Assembly: GCF_006345805.1 (NCBI RefSeq) | Contig: NC_042998.1 | Location: 57,102,001-57,166,000 of the forward strand | From: Octopus sinensis | Lineage: Eukaryota | Direction of reading: 5' to 3' | DNA length: 64,000 bases | Part shown: in pieces, positions 1 to 13,300 of the stretch | Position numbering within the stretch: position 1 is the stretch's first letter | Layout: every line of letters starts with the position of its first letter | The notes under the pieces: model-generated | Database searches by the model: none | What the model saw: the letters and a program-made list of their open reading frames with translations, nothing else | What the model was told of the DNA's origin: nothing | Program-made: the position numbers and the translations under genes

Positions 1-1268
1 AAAATACTTTCGAGATAAGCACACAGACTGAAATTTATTCAAATTTATTCTAGTCATAAATAGAAACCGGTTTAGTCGACTATAGCCGCCGTACTAACAT
101 GACCTTGTCAGAAAATGTACATCTCGCGGCAAGAGTTGAAGATTTCAAATCTTGTTTCAAACCATTTTAATGGTGGTGTCAAAACTATACGAGTACCGGT
201 GGCTTGTGTGGACCCTTTTAAAGGAGTGAGACTGATGCTACATTATTCTAGAACCTTTGAAATTCTCCCCCTACCCATGTCTTTCTCGTAAGTATTGACT
301 TCCAAAGAACCGACGTTCTTGAAAGAAAAACTCGTGTAGTAATTGGAGAAAAAAAAACTTAGGAATTGAGGGGTTTCAAAGTTATAACGAAGGAAAGGGA
401 GCGGGTAAAGAATATCTTCCTAAAAGTTGACATGAGCCCACCAAGTTCCATAGAACAAACGCTATTACTGCAACAATAGAAAAACAAGACAGCGAGCTGT
501 GTGTCAGGCTGGAGCATGAGTGAATTTCCTCTTTTGAAGGTGATCTAGAAATCGCACCGTTCCGAATGCGAGAGTAATAATCTCGTGAGCTAACCAGAGA
601 TATGTAGAGTCGATTGGCGACTGAAGTATTTCCTGGTCGTAAGGAGAAAGAACAATCGTCGAGACGCAGTACTAGAAATGTTAACCCGTTTGTTATTTTT
701 ATGTTAAACTATACTACCGTTGTTTCAATATATTTTTGAAGTAGTGAATAATTTAGTAAATCTACCGAGAGTTAAACTGGTATTTGGAAAACATTTTTAT
801 TAGAGTTTTTTCATTTAGATCACTTTATATAAAGTTTATACCGCAGAAGAAAACTGGCTTGGGTGGGTTTGTATTAAAAGAAGTAAAAAGAATAAGATAT
901 GCTTTCACCAGGAGAGAATCCTTGATGATAGCGAGAACCAAAAATTGGAGTAATTGTCGAGTATTGCTGATAAGATGAGGTGCGATAAAGTTTTAACAGC
1001 TTTCGAATACACTTGGAGGAAAAACGCAAATATGAAACTTTAGAAAAACCCAAAATCTCAATGGTTATGCAAGTGCCATGTAAACTAAAAATATAAATCT
1101 GAAAACTTAAGTTCATAAAATTTGAGTAGACAAAATGTTTTAAACATACTTAGTCTTTCTTTACGCTATACTGAGAACCGAATGCAATAGAATACATATT
1201 AGACTAGTTTTAATAAGGTACACATTTCCAAAAATTTTCATCTATGCATAGATCTAAATAATAGACGT

Positions 1269-1354
1269 TTATATAAGACTATGTACAGAAAAGATAGCTG
1301 CAGCTACTACTAATACAGACACAACGGCACATTTTTTCATAGCAAAAGCATATC
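1269..1354 (-). CDS. Astacin gene terminal exon: hydrophobic tail / putative GPI signal (GYAFAMKKCAVVSVLVVAAAIFSVHSLI*)
   Basis: tttatag acceptor in the required phase 1; small-residue omega-like site, spacer, then a hydrophobic C-terminus with no cytoplasmic tail. Confidence 0.7.
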
Positions 1355-4300
1355 CTATAAACCATGAATGGAACTCATTGATCCTGGAAGGGTTCAATTA
1401 CCAGTTGATGACCGTAGATTTGAACTAAAAAATAAAAATGCTTATTGAATCGCACAAATAAGGTCAAACAAATTTACCTTCAGAGATTGTTATCACTTCT
1501 GTTTCTCCTGGACACATTCCATTCATCAGGGAAATATCATCTAAAGCAATATACCCATCTCTGCCATTTCTAATTATCCCGCGAATAGTCAGCTGAAATT
1601 GTTATAAATATAATTTGTTTATTTTAAAATTAAAAAAGATAATTTTTAAACCGGATAGCCTGCAAATAACTTGTAAAGAAAATGACCTAATCCTTGCTGT
1701 TAAACTACTTCTTGGTCTCATATTCCAGCCTCTGTGAAACATTTACTAGTACACAATTCTGAATTCTTTAAAGTATGCATTTTTATATTGCGCAGATTGA
1801 ACTTCGAGATAACTTAAATGAGTTTTATATAAGAAAATTACTATTTTCATAATATTTTTGCTCAATTGACATTGTATCTATTTTAATAATGTTATCTGTA
1901 TTTCAATCAACACAAAGCGCGATGGGCCACTTTCGTGGTCGTCAGGCTCAGGTCATGATCGTGGCTCAGACGCATTTAATTTATGGGCGTTTGTTGAGGT
2001 CTAATGTCACTCAAACGCCCCGATACCCACCAGAATGCAAGAGGATTAATAATTCAATTAATGACTTTGCAGATAATTAAAAATTTTGTCACCATAAGAT
2101 ATTTTAACTATTCTTTTGTTTTTGGGTGCATGGTAGTCTCATTTTCATAAAATGTGCTCAGCAGTCCATGCTATGTAAGTGCAATTCCCAGCGCTTTATG
2201 GGTTAATGTTCGGCTCTGTTCCAAAACAAACAATTAGTTCATATGGAACTTTTATATGAAGTAATGAAAATTCAGTAAGTCATAATCGATTATATAATAA
2301 TCAGCGAATAGGTTATATAATATTTAAATCCATTTAAATATCAAATATTTAAAGTTTAGTTAGAGTGATTCAAATAGAAAATGTCATTGAGAAGTTTTAC
2401 TCCGTCATATAATGGTAAATAGCTGGAAGTGCCAGACAAATTGCCTTGCGTTATTTAGTGAAATCATGAGAAACTCCATAAAAAAATTGTTTAAGCCCCT
2501 CCCCCTATTAGCAGATTAAGCATTATAGACAAAAATATGATCAACAGCAGTTTCAGCTCTGTTTTGAAACTTACTATTTTTATTAGACCGAAGATCACAT
2601 TATCTTGGATGCAGAAGACTTAATGCGTTTTAAAGCAATAGTGTAGTTTGAGCTAAATTTAACTAGCTACTATTTCTAGCAGCTCTAGCTGTTAGACTTG
2701 TTGGAACATCGAACAACATAGAACACGCAAGGAGTCGCGATAAATACTGTGTATCGAGTTCGAAATCCGACCATTAGAACTAATTTTCATAATACCATAT
2801 TCGATGAAAAAAATAGATAAATAACAGGTCCAAAGTAGATTGACACGACCTCTAAGATGATATAAAGAAAGTGGCAAACCCCTTAAGAGAGATCTTAACA
2901 CTAAGGATCGTTACTGTTAAAAAAGGGAATCAAATAAATGTTTAAATCGCAGCTCCTGAAGTAAATGGACGTTAATAAAAATATTAAAGATTAGAGACCG
3001 AGCATCTAAAACTAAGAATTGTGAAGAGATAAAATGAAAGCTTTTATCCAGCAGTGGTGGGGAAAAGAAAATTCAATGGCTGGTTGGACATATACATCTA
3101 TCCTCGTTTATCATTAATTCATTCATCACTGATTCAGGTAATACGTTACGTCCCACTCTCGACAGTTACACTTGTCGCGAATTCATCTGTGACAGTCACA
3201 GTCTTTAGTACAATTTGGGATCGCAGAATGAAAAGTTTTTTTACTAATGTTCTATAATTTATATTCGATTCATTTGAACGAAATATTCGGGATAAACGAG
3301 TATAAATAAAGTACATTATTACAATTATTTACATTTGACGAAAATTTGTCCATCTTGTTTGTTAAAACAACGTTTCGGCTGATACACCTTCCAACCTTCA
3401 TCAGATGTCTTACAGAAATTTGAACCTGGGTTCTCAATCCTAATCACTACCTGGAATCGAACTCGGTATCTTGGGTTTAGTAGCCGCGTTCTTAACCACT
3501 ACGCCATATGGAATGAATTTTAGGGCTTATAACTCAAATATTTTCCTATCCTTCCTCGGTCTGCCTAGGAGGTTGTTGTGTCGTAGCATATGTGCTGCTT
3601 TTATTTTTCGTATTTTGAATTGGCGTTCTGTTTATTATCTTAACTGCATCCCATAGGTGGAGGTGGTTTCCATACTTTATCAGCTCTACTCGATTTATCA
3701 ATATCTTCTCGTGTCACAGCTTTGCGATGTTCCTCTACCCTTATAAATTAGTTATGTAACTGGGGTAATTAAATGAACTAAATCCCATCTTTATGACGGG
3801 TTCCTCTCAAATATGTAAGAATATCAAACTTACTTTAAATTCATACGCGGAGACAACAGAAAACTCATATTTTTGCCAATTTCTATATCTTGATTTTCGT
3901 AGAACAATTGGCTGTTTGTTTTCAGTTGGAGAAGAAATATATAAATTCAATCGATAGAAGGCACTTGGTTCAACGTTGATTATGTAATAGATACCGATAC
4001 ATTTACGGCCACCTGCAAAGATATTCATTTAACAGGTTCATGGTAAGTCACCTAATTTTTTACTGCATGTTATATGAAAAAAGTATTTTTAGGTATTACA
4101 TTGCTGGCCACACCAAAATTCTTGCAAATCGCTCATGAGACTCATTTCGGACCAGTTCACTTGTCTTTTAGAGCAAATATAACGTTCTCATCGCACTTCC
4201 CTGTAAAAAGGTATGACATGTACCTTAGGAAATGAATATCTCTGAACCCGTCAGAAGTTGTCAATTACATAAAAGTCACTGATAAGCATACCAATTAGTG

Positions 4301-7300
4301 TTAAAATAACCTATCAATCAATCAATCTGTTTCTCGAACAAAATCGTAGTTTGAATTATCGTATTTACTATCAATGTCTAAGATTAATTGGGAAAAGAAA
4401 TATTCCCCGTAATTAGCGTCAGTAATGAAGTGTTTCCTCCTATAAAAATAAGATATTTAGCATTAACTCAAATATGAAACTTGAATTCCATCTAGATGAT
4501 TTTCTTGGAGAAATCTTTTCAGAGATTGCTTTAGTTTAAAAAAATCCAACAAATTCTACAACAGATACGGTTTCAAACCTACAGCCGATATCAGTATAGT
4601 TGAAGTGATTTTAAAACGACGTTAAGATTTAAATATAATTGTAAAGACGCACTGGAATTTGTATAAAATAATCTAGAGCTATGTAGCGATATAGGTCAGC
4701 ACAATCAGGTCTTTCCGCTAGGACCACTTAAACTGTCTCGGAATTTCAAGTGTTCGTCCCGTTATAAAACGGCAAGTGACGCTGAAGAAATATATGCTAT
4801 TTATAGCAGGTCGAAGATCGTTCGTTGGCTTTTTACTAAAATAATTAAAATCACTGATTTTTGCATACTCAATTTTACATTTCATTTAAAACATTCAATT
4901 CAAAACTACAGTAGAAATTTGGCTTACAAAAAAAGGAGGCAGTGAAAATTTATGACTTCAGTTTAGAAGACTAACCTGTGATTAATCGACTTTCTAAAAC
5001 GCCGTTAATATTACCAGGACGAGTTGTTGGTCTCAAGTAAATGTATTTTTCCGAATTGTGGTGACCTCTCACACCCTTCACTCTTTCGGCATTCTAAGAA
5101 AATAATATGGGTAAAATCAACTGAGTAGCATAAACAAGTATATTAAAGTACTGAAACTACCTGGAAGTAGCTAAAAACATTTTCAATTTCAGATACACAT
5201 GCGAGCACTCAATTTGATAGTATTTCATGAATTTTTTTGATAGATTAATTGTATTTGGTTTTCATGAGTCAAGGCAAATTGAACATAATACAGTAAATAC
5301 ACTTGAAAGATTTTTATGGTGCAAAGTAGGTCGAGTAACTAGATTAATTCTGAATAGGTGTACGGCCAAAGGGATTGAAATTAAATATATTAGGGGTTAT
5401 TTTAGCTCTGGAGGAATGAAAACCGAAATCATTTTCCCATTGGCATTTCGAGCGTCGAGTACAGAAGAGATAAATGTATCGTAAATATTTAGATCTAGTC
5501 GTTGACTAGTCAATTCGCGTTTATATTGTTATATCGGCTTAATAATATTCCGAATCAATTAGCGATATTACCTCCATTATAAAACAGATTTATAAAAGAC
5601 ATTTGTACTGTGTCAAATCTATTGCCATTATCAATTCTAGGTTGCATCAAATTGAATAGGTCTATGATCAAAGGAATTCCAGTCAGGAAAATCAATCTTA
5701 GATTCAAGCATAATGTATCCAGGATTACAAATTCTTAAAACAAGTGTAATTGCAAGTAAATTGTACAATATTTACGATATCGGCCAGCCACGTGGAAACC
5801 CCCCTCTCACTAATACGAATTTATAATGAAGAAACGACCATTATACCATTTACTTGTTTCAGTTATTAGACTGCAGCCACTGCCTTGAAGGATTTCAGTC
5901 GAATAGATCGATCCCAGTACTCATCTTTTTAAGCTTGGTACTTATTCTGTCGATCTATTTTGCCGAACCGCCAGTTTACGGGGACGTAAACACACCGGCA
6001 CCAGTTGTCAAGTGGTAGAGGGACAAACGCACAATGAGCTTCTCCCGGTTTCCATCTACCATATCCATGCACACGACTTAACTGGGCCTAAAGCTAAAGA
6101 TACTTGCACAAGATGTCACGCACTGGGACTGCACCCGGAACCATGTGACTGGGATGGAACCAAAGTATCCAACGATGATACACTAATGCTAATATATGTC
6201 GATAATTAGAAGACGAGCACCGCAATATCCATATATTAGGTTGAAATTATAAATTTTACTGAGGAAAATTGTGCAATATGAAAGGCGATCTCTTAAATAG
6301 ATACTAGAAGCTGATCTAGGTAATTTCTTTCAGCACGCAAGTTAATTACAGGGTTAATATCTGGCGAGACGACTGCTTTGATTTTTAAAAAGACAATTTC
6401 CAAAGAAATACATATTAAAAACTAAAAGTTGTCGTGAAGCATATTGCTCTAGATTATCATTGACGTCAGAGGATGATAGGAAATAATCACCCCTACCTTC
6501 AACGTGACATATAGGTTAATACTTTTAAATGGTACAGAAGTAGCCAATATTACTTCAGAAATTGTAGCATGCAAGAAAGAAGCTAAAAAGATGGTAAAGC
6601 CTGCATGAAATGACTGGCATAGAGTTTTAAAGAAGGTCTGAAGAGATCGTTTCATTTACATCTGAACACTGAAACGTCACAAATGTAATTTGCAAATATA
6701 AATATTGCATTTTCCTCATATCCCAAATAAATAATGAAGTAGGTTTGTTAAAATCAAAATGTGAACCTGTGATCGGAGATCAACATCAACTTGTCAGTTG
6801 CATTGGAACATAAAGGCAGTCATTTTAATTCCGATGTAATCGTTTCTTATTTAGGAAAACATAATTTTGAGAGGAGGAATTAGTCAATTATTGGAGTCGA
6901 TGGTGTTGAATAATACGTTATTTTATCGATAAAAATTAGATCATGCGATCCTAGCTGGGTTCACACGGACTTTAAAATACTAACACTATCCTTTTCAAAA
7001 CCGTTAGTTTTGTAATTTTGATTGCGAACAAAATGCTGTTACAGGAATTGTTAATTAAGTCTTATTTGATGAATCAAATACGATTAAAAAAAAAAAAAAC
7101 AAACTATGATAACGAATTTAAGAAAAAAGTATTTTCCCTGTTAGCATATTTTTAAATTTGTACACTGGAAGAGAAATTCACGAGATAATTTGTTTTAGAT
7201 TATTCAATAAATGAAGGATTTATCCGAAAGATTTTAAGTACTCACAGAAGATATAAGCCATTTATCGGAACCACCGGTTTGTTTAAAAACACAGAAGTCA

Positions 7301-10300
7301 TTCCCAAGTTCAAAAGTGCAATTAATATCAGCATCTTCAAGAGAGTTTTTATGAGTTACAGAAAAATTAAACATTTTCGAAATATTTTCAAATTCATAAG
7401 AAAGCTAAAGTGAACAAGTTATATCAATGAATATTAGCTATTTCATGTTATTGGCATTGATTGATTAGAAAAGTATTTATGAAAATGTTTAAACATCTTT
7501 TAAAATGTTCAATATTAAGATATGAATTCATGCAGATTCTACTTAGAAATAAATCTTACTGTAGTCTGTCGATATAGACACATTCACTTCAAAAGATATA
7601 TTATCCAAATTATTTGAAGATTCTAGGATAAGCATCGCGATGTTAGTCGTTGTATTGAATGAATGATTTAGCTTTGCACTTACGCCACAAAATCTAAAGA
7701 ATGAAACAAGCATTACAAGTCAGAAAAAAAATACTTGTGAGTCTTCATAACATTGAACGGTATTAAACATTTTTAAAACACACGGTTTACACTAGAACGA
7801 GTTAGACTTCTGGTGTAGTACATGATTATATAACAAGTTGAACACTTGAAACTCCAAGTTAATTGTAATTAATATGTTTGGTCTCAAATCGTGTAGAACA
7901 GGTAATTCAAGTTAGAGATCACTGCTAACTGTGGATGCTGCTGCTGCTATCATCTGCGTTGGACAGTGATCGGGGCTGACGATAGTCATTCACCAGTTTT
8001 GACCCGAATTCGTTGTGCTGGTACATTTATCATAACACATATCTGCGCCCGCGTAAACGCTTCAGCGCCGTCAACTAAAAGAACAGACAAAAATGCCAGG
8101 TGGTAGGTAAATTGTTGCATTCAAATATAAAAACCTTGAGCAAGAAGGTGATCTGCAAAGACAAAAAGATCGAATTCTACAATTCCAATGTAATTCTTAA
8201 AACAACCAAGGCTCGCAGTTAGCTTCGTCGTCTAATATGATGCAACTAGGAAGTCAATCCAACAGCAATTAGTGACTGCAATGATATATAAAAGGACTTT
8301 CATATGCTCCCGTATGTTAGTTTCGTGAACCATTAGAATGTGACAGGATAAACATTAAAGATCAAACCGAAAATGCACTGGTGTGTAGCTACTCTCAAAG
8401 ATCTACGATGTCAACTAAGATGGCAAGTTACGGAACCCATTAACGCTTTGATCCCATGTATTACCCAATGTGAAGGGGATTATGCTTGATTAGGGATTCT
8501 GATATTTCTAGTCAGGTAAGGAAATGTGGCCAATAAATTAAATACAACTTGTGAATTCAATGATGTTCAGTGTCCGTACTCTACAATAGCACAGATCGAT
8601 TGTATTTTATAGCTTCTTAAGCAAACTATAATTTCAAAAAATTGAAATCGACTATTCTGAAACATTTTCCATGTGAACTTCCTACAGTAAATGACCGCCG
8701 TTGAGTAATTTTAATTCTTTGAATATATCATTGAAATATACTGAATCTAAAGCGGATAGCGAAAGATCGATTTTTCAATATTAAAAAAAAACAAATACCA
8801 AACATAAGGTTTACAGACATAACTAAATCCTGTTCAATTATCAAAATCTTACCTGGGACCATGTTGCCCAATTAAATTATATCGCATTTCAAGCCATTGC
8901 AGACAATTATACTTTTCCTTTTTGATTCTTAGATTGTCTATTGCTATTTCCATTCGAGTCAAAGCTGGGCTCTAGAAATAAAGACATTTGTTAATAGTTT
9001 ATCGAATATGATGCATTAAAATAAAATATTCACGCAGTAAACCATTTTTGTAAGACATTGCCCTTCTGAATACAAATGAGTAGGAAAATGATTTGTAAAA
9101 GCGCCACAATTGCTTGGAATAGAGATACGATCCTGCTGTACAAAATAAATACTTGGAAGTAACTTACAATTCCTACAGTTGCAGTGATTTAACGAGAAGC
9201 GCATTTTACTTATGGCTTTGTGCATAGACCTGCTGTAAGCTTACCTTTCAAATTGTAATAGACTATAATTTGGAGAAAACATTAACTGAAAAATTTCTAA
9301 AACTATCTTTTCTGATTCTAATCGGAGGTAGGACATGGCTATTCCAAGCTCATTCTCACGCACTCTGCATCATCACATGCGCACTTTCAAGGCTTTAATC
9401 ATAATTTTAGAGCTATCGTCTAATCTATCCACAGAAGATAAATTCATCTCGATATTTGAGCTCTAGCACTTATGGCGAACTTAAATCTGGAGAAAACCCA
9501 AATCTTATCACGCTTTTCTTACCAACTTAACCATTTGGCTTCCATTGATCCAGATCTACTTAAGATCAGTCGGTGAGTAATTTAAATGCCAGATTTAGAT
9601 TTGAAGCCCTTTAGAATATCCTTTGACATTTTTCTGACAAGCAGAATACAGAAGTTCAAGTAGATGCCATTCTTTGTTGCAGTTTGCACGTACCTTAAGT
9701 TTTGGTTTTCCTACGGTAAACGATTACAATAGAACACACCGCATATTCTGAAGCATATAATTTCACAATTTTGATGAATAAAACTAAATTTCAAAAGGGA
9801 GGAAGTGTCTAAAAATTTGAAGTTTTCAAATACTGTTGAACTGACCTCAATTAACCAAACACATTTGTTAGCCTTGCCAGTCTTATTTAAATTAGAATTG
9901 AAATATATCTGTGTGTACAGATGTCTGAAATCCAGAGATAAGATACCACCGCATTCTGTAAAAATAAAGATGAAAATAAAAATATTGAAGTAAGTCTAGA
10001 AAAAGAGGTTTAGCTTTAAATGTGATGTTTCTAAAAAAAGTATATCCAAGAATATACCTTCACAAAAATCGATCTCAATTACGTACAATTTTACAATATT
10101 AATCTGATTAAGATGCTGTAAATATACAAAAAATGTCATAGTAATTCTCTAAAGCTTAAAGTTTTCATTCATTTATCAATCATTAAACAGCGGAAAGTGA
10201 AAGAAAAAGTAAAATGGTTTCAATAAAGAAAATACCTTTAATCTTATTTGGTCGTAAAGAAAATTAACTAGCACTAAAATTATTTATGTGACCATATTCT

Positions 10301-13300
10301 TTCTTTAACACTTCCCATCCACTTGGAAATATATAAGCTAATACACACTTAAAACATTGGTTCACCCCGTTTCGGAAATCATGTCTGTTTACTCTACATC
10401 ATATATTAATACGAATCAACAAACTCCGAAGTATTGGACCTGGTAGTTTGCAGCAAGTTATGAGCAGGACACAGTTAAGTTGGTAACTACAAGCCAGCTT
10501 GTAATAAAAAATTTAGATCTTCAGTTTATGTGCCTAATTGCTTAGAATGTTTATTATAGTCCCATATTTCACTTAGTGTGTAGGAAAGGAATTACTTTCA
10601 GATATTTTCCTCTAACAGATATCTTAGTTTCATGATTCATTTTTTAAGATCACAATCATGATACTGGAGACCAAGTTTTCTGTACTACTGCAAACTAATT
10701 GCAAATTAAAATTTCTGAAGTCGGTTTAGTTGCAATTATAATAGTTAAAATTTTGGGTTAAATTTATCAAATTTATCTTAGTAATAGAGTAATATATAGT
10801 AAGAGGCCGCAACAAAATCAATTGATTCATGATTGATTGTTCTAGTTCCATGCTTTGCAGTTTAATCTTTATGAAAAGGAATTTTGTATTATATCCCACT
10901 TAACTGGCCACATTTTCAGGATTCTTGATTTCTGAAATCTTATGTTTGGAAATTTCGAACTAAAACCTCTTTAATAAAATGTAAAAATAAAAAGCTAAGT
11001 ACAAACCATTTTGGTTTTCTACTCTTGAACAATCATCACCTTCCAGTCCACTGGGGCAGTAACATGTACAGTTGTAATCAATATAGCCATCATATTTGCA
11101 AGATTTTAATGGCCTTATGCACAAATCTAAATAGAAATAAATGTGTAAACAGGTTCTCAAAATGTTAGCAATGCAAAGTTCATGTTACAGATCTAAAATA
11201 AAATAACCGAACAAAAATACATAGTACAAACAATATTTTAATATTGTTACCACATTTCTTACACCATCGTGGTTATATAATGTCATATTTTTAAGGTTTG
11301 CTTTTCAACAACAGGAGATAGTTATGATATTTTGAACAATAGAAATTTTGTGCAAGATATTACGTCGGATGAGCAGTTAGCCCCAAAACTGCTATCTGGA
11401 GCTTGTTAAAACATAATCAAGGCCCTCTGTAGCAAGTTATCTGCGATAACTTGTCAACACTTATTGAATACACAAATACACCTCGACACAAGGTATAGTA
11501 GAACATTCCAATCAAATCAACCGCCAAGAACGAACGACTGAAGATTTGGCACAAAAAGAATAACGTGCAGTTAGGTCACCTGCCCCGAGGTTTGTGCTAG
11601 TTTCCAGAATAATCAAGAATGAACATTTAGGTCTAAATTAGTGGCATCCCTGCCCTTGGTATAAATTCACTTGGTTATATTAAATGTTTATATTACTGTC
11701 AGAAACGGAGGAGCTATCTGGTAAAAAAGTTCCACCAGCTACAATGCCTTTTACGAATACAAAAAGAGGAATTTTTTCTAAGGTTCGACACGTAACATTT
11801 GTTATCCAAATTCCAGTGATGGAGTTTTGTTTGTTAGAAACAAAATCATTTGGAAGAATTCAAATTACAAATATACATGCCTCTATAACTGGAGAGATGT
11901 GTGCGCGCGTGCACGTGCATACCATGATATCTGTACGCATGTAGAATAAAAGTATTACTGGAAACAATATTATTCGTTACAATGAGTAATATGTAGGTTT
12001 CTTAACGTTCAAGCAAACGAAAATCTCCAAGTAAGGATTTGTAGATTTTAAGTTTTCAGTTTAAATCTAATATTTCACTTTGAATCTTATTTTATTTTTC
12101 TCTCACATACACACACACTATACTGACTGATGTGACAGCTAACCTCGTCATTCAACACCTTGAACCTTCTAAACGAATAGGATTATAGTTTACGTAACAC
12201 CGAGATTCACTAATGCCGTACTCTCCTACGTATCAGTGCGCTCTCACCTTGTAGATATTCAATGAAGCAAAAGCAATACTAACCGTATCTAGTAAGCAAA
12301 CTTATTTAAACTTCCTACGCATTCCAGTCATCTTACCTTTTTATTAGGTGGTACAACCGCAGCATGTGTCGGAGCTCTTCGCCCCTCATTCTATCGACTC
12401 CAGCATACCACAAAACGGTTTTGTTCCATTGCTTTCTTTTGTACACCTATGTCTTTCTTGCGCCACATCTAACAAGATTACGCAAATGACACTACATACT
12501 TTCCTAACCTGCTCAGCCATGCATCAACCACTTCCCCGAACACTACGCTGCAAGCCTAAACCGCAGATTCCATGAGTATAAATTTCGAAAGCAACCTATT
12601 CTCAAGAGTAAAAGAAGCACTTCTCTTTCAAGTTAATACCATCAGACTATACCCCCCTTAATCAACTGTAAGCAGCCAGGAAACCAAAAATAGCTCCAGG
12701 TATAGGTTGTTATCACTGACGGTCAAGTACATCCTACACTTAGCCATGAATGCATCGTAATAGCTAGCCCTTCTCTTGGACAAGATACTTCATCCACCAT
12801 CAATTGGCAAACTACAAAGCTCAGATCAGGCTTACAATAAATCTTTCTTTCCTGTATGGAATTGTTGCTGCTACAGACATCTTAACCCTTATCCATAAAG
12901 GGTATGAAGCCAGTCATAATTGTTTCAGCTTCTGATCTAGTCACGCTGTCTTTTCCCTACCGCTGCTATACTGACATGCTCATCGGCTCTGGCTGTGCTT
13001 ATGCCGCCGCCATCCACGTTTCCCTGTTGATCTCCTCGGGTACAATCCTCCCGACTCTCCCGCATTTATCACCATTCTATTCCAGGTCGGCTTTGTGGAA
13101 TCCCATGTTTGCTTGTGTCTTTTCTGCAGGAGTTTACTTACAAAGGCTCAAAAGGAAAATTAATCTCTCAGTTAAAGAGTCTATAAAAAGCCATATATAC
13201 TATCGCTTTTGCAGGATCTAGGGAATAAAAACTGAATTCGTGCTAATTTTCATTTTTAACGAAAAGCAATTTCATACATCATGAATCATAAGATTTGCAT

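Noticed and set aside
4085-4200. Exon-like frame KCDENVIFALKRQVNW after a good acceptor
   Set aside because: No MAM similarity, it runs into a stop, and the flanking exons already join in phase.
7684-7693. Apparent 10-nt microexon (RFCG followed by gtaagt)
   Set aside because: The frame stays open through the gtaagt and encodes the rest of the CUB domain to a donor at 7559; the full exon gives compatible phases.
9016-9270. Hydrophobic frame RIVSLFQAIVALLQIIFLLICI and an LMFSPNY peptide resembling TM/CUB exons
   Set aside because: The CUB domain is complete without them and the phases do not fit; treated as intronic.
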